A stretch of DNA of 52,912 nucleotides from Nemertoderma westbladi (lineage: Eukaryota; Animalia; Xenacoelomorpha). Shown here piece by piece: positions 48,721 to 52,912 of this stretch. A program made the position numbers and the translations under genes. The notes under the pieces were generated by a model that was not told the origin of the DNA, made no database searches, and saw only the letters and a program-made list of their open reading frames with translations. The stretch is taken from NCBI GenBank assembly GCA_032718475.1, contig JAUCBJ010000418.1, forward strand, positions 1 to 52,912, in the 5' to 3' direction. Every line of letters starts with the position of its first letter. Position 1 is the stretch's first letter.

Positions 48721-49681
48721 GATCAAGCAACGACCCATTTTTTCTTTGGCTGCAGTGCGATTTTCCGGTTTGAACGTGAGATAAATTTGTGTGTCATCAA
48801 TGTATAAATGGAACGATATACCGTATTTAGCAATGGGGTTCACGACTCAAATTCAAAACCAGATTAATTAGATGCAATAATATCACAGAAACACAATGAC
48901 GTTTACAGAATTCAATAAGATGCTAAAATAGCCGAGATATTGGTGTTTTCAGTTTAAAAATTACTCAAAATATGAAAACGATCTGTGATTGGTCGTGACG
49001 TCACTATACGCCTCTGAATCCCATTTATATCAACATCCAGATACCTAATACTATCTTTGTATAAATTGGGGCAGTTTGTTACTGCAGCGACTGCTACGTC
49101 AGTACTGTAGTACAGCAGTACAGTGCAGCAGTCACCGGTACAATTACTGCCGCACTGTATGTATACTAGGGTAGATCGAAAAAAAAAAATTTTGAAATTT
49201 AACTTTTCCCTATGTTAGAAATGTGTGAAATTATTGCCTAAAACCACAAAAAACATCACTATTCCAATTTTTGGCAATACATGACCCCCGCACAATTGGT
49301 TCAAACAAACATCATTTTTTACAAAATTATGTAAAATTAATTCATTTAGAAAGAAATTTTTTTTTAAATATGACTTTTCCCAGTGCTAGAAGTGTCTGAA
49401 ATGGCCTAAAACCACAAAAAAACACAACTTTTAAAAATTTTGACACTGCATGACCCCCGCACAATTAGTGCAATGTTTTACAAAACTATAAAAAATGAAA
49501 TAACTTGGACAGAAATTTATTTTTTAATATGAATTTTCCCATTGCTAGAAGTGTCTGAAATGGCATAAAACCGCAAAAAAAACACCACTTTCCAAATTTT
49601 TGACAATGCAAGACCCCCGCACAAATAGTGCAAACAAACATCATTTTTGCTACTAAACTATGTAATTATTAACTGTTAGTC

Positions 49682-49874
49682 GGGGGGGAGTAAACGCTCC
49701 GCCTCCACTTACACCTACACCCACTTGTAGGCAGGTTAGTTTAATAAGAGAATCAGCAGTTTGAGGATCAACAGTCAGCAGATGTATTGGCTTACCAGCA
49801 AGCCGGTACATATGTGTGTAAGTTTTTGTAGGCGTCTGGGGGCGAGTGTAAGTGTAGGCGTAACATTTACCCCC
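49682..49874. mobile_element. 193-bp MITE with 9-bp TSD (Mutator-like)
   Basis: gggggggagtaaacgctccgcctccacttacac / gtgtaagtgtaggcgtaacatttacccc. TSD ctgttagtc/ctgttagac. Absent from the opposite arm. Confidence 0.75.
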
Positions 49875-50321
49875 CTGTTAGACTGTGGGTAGCAGATCCT
49901 CTTTTACCAACCCAAATCCACAATGGCTGTATAAATTACAACTTTTTAACTTCCAAAGACTAGGCCAACTGTTGAACTACAAACGGAGCTGCACCTGCTA
50001 ACACTTCATGTAATGCCGGCAGCAGTACTTTCTGTTAACAACCGCTAAATAGTGAAGAAATATATCACTAATACTACTACTACTATAATCGGCCTGCTGC
50101 ATTGAAACTGCACATTGAGATGCTATGATGGCTTATCAAAAACATTTTGTCACCACCATGCAATCCACAATTGGCAAGCCCAAAGTAGCATGAACTAAGA
50201 ATGCTATGCCGGCTTATCACCAAAGTTGCACCGCCACAACCTCCTATCCCCCCACCCCCATGACTTTTGCGAAAGTCATCAAAAAAGGGTCTCAGCCCAT
50301 TTCTCATAGTCCCTCCCCTTG

Positions 50322-50412
50322 GACTGAAGAAATAATGAAGACTGAAGAACAAAGACTGAAAAATGAAGACTGAAGAACAAAGACTGAAGAACGAAGACTG
50401 AAGGACGAAGCC
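50322..50412. repeat. tgaagac-based short tandem repeat
   Basis: 7-bp units tgaagac/tgaagaa/caaagac. Confidence 0.8.
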
Positions 50413-50585
50413 TTCATGGTCCTTTTCGTTTCTAGGAGCCTTCGCCTAGGCCCCCTTCCTTGTTGGACCCTTCCTTCTTGGTCACCCAATGTAAACGGCA
50501 AGCATTTTATAAACATAGCATTATATGTTAACTTATGTGAATTTCGAAGCATCTACTTGACACCAACCAATGGGATATCCAATGC

Positions 50586-50873
50586 ATATTCTCTCCATGG
50601 GGCTGCCAAAATACAAGATTGTGCACAGGCTGGTCCTCACGGCGAAAGCAATGTCCTGCAAAGCGGAGGTGGCTTTGTTCTAGTGTTAAGCTTGGGGGAA
50701 CCAATGGGACACCTCCAATGTTATATAGTGTCTGGTTGGAGATGTGTGTATTGTACTGGACACAATGAACCCGGCGTAGCATTCGTGTAAAAGTGTCCTC
50801 CAGAGATTTAGTGACCTCAGCAGTTAGAGCCCAGCATGAACTCCCATACAGGAGTACTGAAACTAATGCTGCT
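50586..50873 (-). pseudogene. RTE-type LINE fragment, same family as 1-390
   Basis: HLRFAGHCFRREDQPVHNLVFWQPHG. Nucleotide-level similarity to 1-285. Confidence 0.78.
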
Positions 50874-52912
50874 CTAAATAATCGGACCTAAGGTTTCTGA
50901 TGAATTCTGTGTGAAGTGTGACTTCCAAATCCTGGAAAGCACATTCAATACTGCCCAGCCCATGCCTCTCCCTTCCCTTACGTTTAACATATCATTCTTA
51001 ATGCATGCTGCATTGGTGGATTGCATGGTGGTGGTGGTGACAAAATGTTTTTGATAAGACGGCATGTAGTATCTCAATGTGCAGTATCAATGCAGCAGGC
51101 CGATTATAGTAGTAGTAGTAATAGAGATGTACAGTATTTATTCACTATTGAGCGGTTGTTAACAGAAAGTTTACCGAATGAGAGCGGAGCACTATCACAT
51201 TTGTCCACTGAGACAAGATTCGAGAAGTGGAGCTGAACTTTCCACTCAAGCTATTTCCACTCCATAGTGTCATGAGTATTAATAACCTAACACTACAAAA
51301 TATATTTAATTCAATATAGGACATAGGTACAGGATGCAGTGTTGCAGGGGGTGGAAGTACAGTAGGTCTAAATATGATTAGAAAGTATATCTAGCAGTTC
51401 AGTCTAGTAGGTGGTTTAGTAGTGGTAGTCTAGTAGGTGGGTTAAGCTTTTATTAAGACTGTAAGAAGTATCTTGTCTTTAGTTCGAATAAAGTGTAATT
51501 ATAATTAAGACAGAAATTAAGTGGACGCAGAGTGGATATGGATATGGATAAGTATATAGTATGTAATGTGTACTGTTGCCGGCTCTCAAGTGTTAGCAGG
51601 TACAGCTCCGTTTGCAGTGTCCGTCAACATTCTGGTTGGCCTAGTCTAATTAAAAAGTTGTAATTTACTGTATAAAGGTATTTCCCGCCATGGTGGATTT
51701 GGGTTGGTAAATAAAGAACTGCTACCCACAGTATAACAGTTAATAATTATTACATAGTTTTGTAGGTTAGCAAAAATGATGTTTGTTTACACTATTTGTG
51801 CAGGGGTCTTGCATTGTCAAAAATTTGAAAAGTTGTGTTTTTTTGCGGTTATAAGCCATTTCGGACACTTCTAGAACTGGGAAAAGTCATATTAAAAAAA
51901 AAATTTCTGTCTAAATGAATTAATTTTACATAGTTTGGTAAAAAATGTTGTTTGTTTGCACTAATTGTGCGGGGGTCATGCATTGTCAAAAATTTGAAAA
52001 GTTGTGTTTTTTTATGGTTTTAGGCCATTTCAGACACTTCTAGCACTGGGAAAAGTCATATAAAAAAAAAATGTCTTTCTAAATGAATTAATTTTACATA
52101 GTTTTGTAAAAATTTTTGTTTGTTTGAACTAATTGTGTGGGGGTCATGCATTGTCAAAAATTTGGAATGTGATGTTTTTATGTGGTTTTAGGCAATTTCA
52201 CACATTTCTAACATAGGGAAAAGTTACATCTCCAAAAAAAAATTTTTTCGATCTACTCTACTATATACTTGCTTATTTTTACGGCAAACGGAGAGTAAAC
52301 GGACAACGGCAAGGTACAAGGAGGAGCGAACAGGGGTTCCCGGAACAACGGCAACGACAAGGACTGACAGAGGAGCGAATACGGCGAATGGGAGTACCTG
52401 GACTGCTGGAGCCGCAAGCCGGAACGGAACGCCCATGGCAATGTCCCATTTAAGCCTACTACGACGGTATGACGGCGACGTTCGACGGCAAAGGAAGAAA
52501 ATGATGTACGTATAGGCCTACATGCTACATAGATATTATGACCTGCGGGTTCAGGAAAGAAGAGAATGACCTTGTATATGCATGGGCCGTATCAGATGTG
52601 TACAGTCAAGGAGGAATCGACCAACGGTTAGTGTTAACGCTTATCATGGGGGTCTGAGGATGAGTGCGTGATTCAGCAAGATGCTAACAATGATACCGGA
52701 ACTAGTGGCGGCGTAGTCGCTTATGTATTGCTGCAAAGCGCTGTCAGAAACGACTGAACGATGTTTGTTTGCCTAACAGAGTTAGTTAAACTATCTTACT
52801 AGAAAGCATTCAGCGTAGAGACACGAGATTGCCATTCGGGCTCCGCGAGTTATCATATCCCATCCGCTTTTGTTGACTCGGACTGCCCACATTTGAGTAT
52901 CGATTCCACCGA

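Larger units (their letters stand above)
49167..52260. mobile_element. Foldback-type non-autonomous DNA element with ~1-kb inverted arms (hAT-like termini)
   Basis: Termini tagggtagatcgaaaaaa / ttttttcgatctactcta. Arms 49167-50170 and 51017-52260 are reverse complements, each with three ~180-bp subrepeats. Flanks atgtatac/ctatatac may be a decayed 8-bp TSD. Confidence 0.82.

Noticed and set aside
48830-49080. Possible DNA-element fragment with gtgacgtcac palindrome (CRE-like)
   Set aside because: No termini or TSD found, and a single motif is insufficient.
52261-52912. Coding-like sequence at the right edge
   Set aside because: Frames are interrupted and I recognise no family. Truncated by the window.

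Overview
AT-rich, repeat-dominated animal genomic DNA (spliceosomal introns, metazoan transposon families), not prokaryotic. The only host gene I recognise is the 5' part of a MESD/boca LRP chaperone on the minus strand (exon 1 18308-18138, exon 2 17677-17591). Its second intron opens with a ~130-copy 61-63 bp satellite that is an amplification of the exon-2/intron-2 junction itself, splice donor included. The rest of the window holds: a 19/21-bp semi-palindromic satellite (1.8-6.6 kb); a CMC/EnSpm-type non-autonomous transposon inside the MESD satellite; a 32-bp satellite (21.1-31.5 kb) carrying three related but distinct APE-RT LINEs; a young 13.8-kb BEL/Pao LTR element (32947-46791) with gag and protease but no RT or integrase; and hAT-like, Mutator-like, foldback, L2/CR1 and RTE relics. 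The most striking signal is the BEL primer-binding site. It has no tRNA-type TGG and is instead a perfect 14-nt complement of a sequence inside its own LTR, the geometry of Tf1-style self-priming. All analysis was done by eye, so family assignments need database confirmation.
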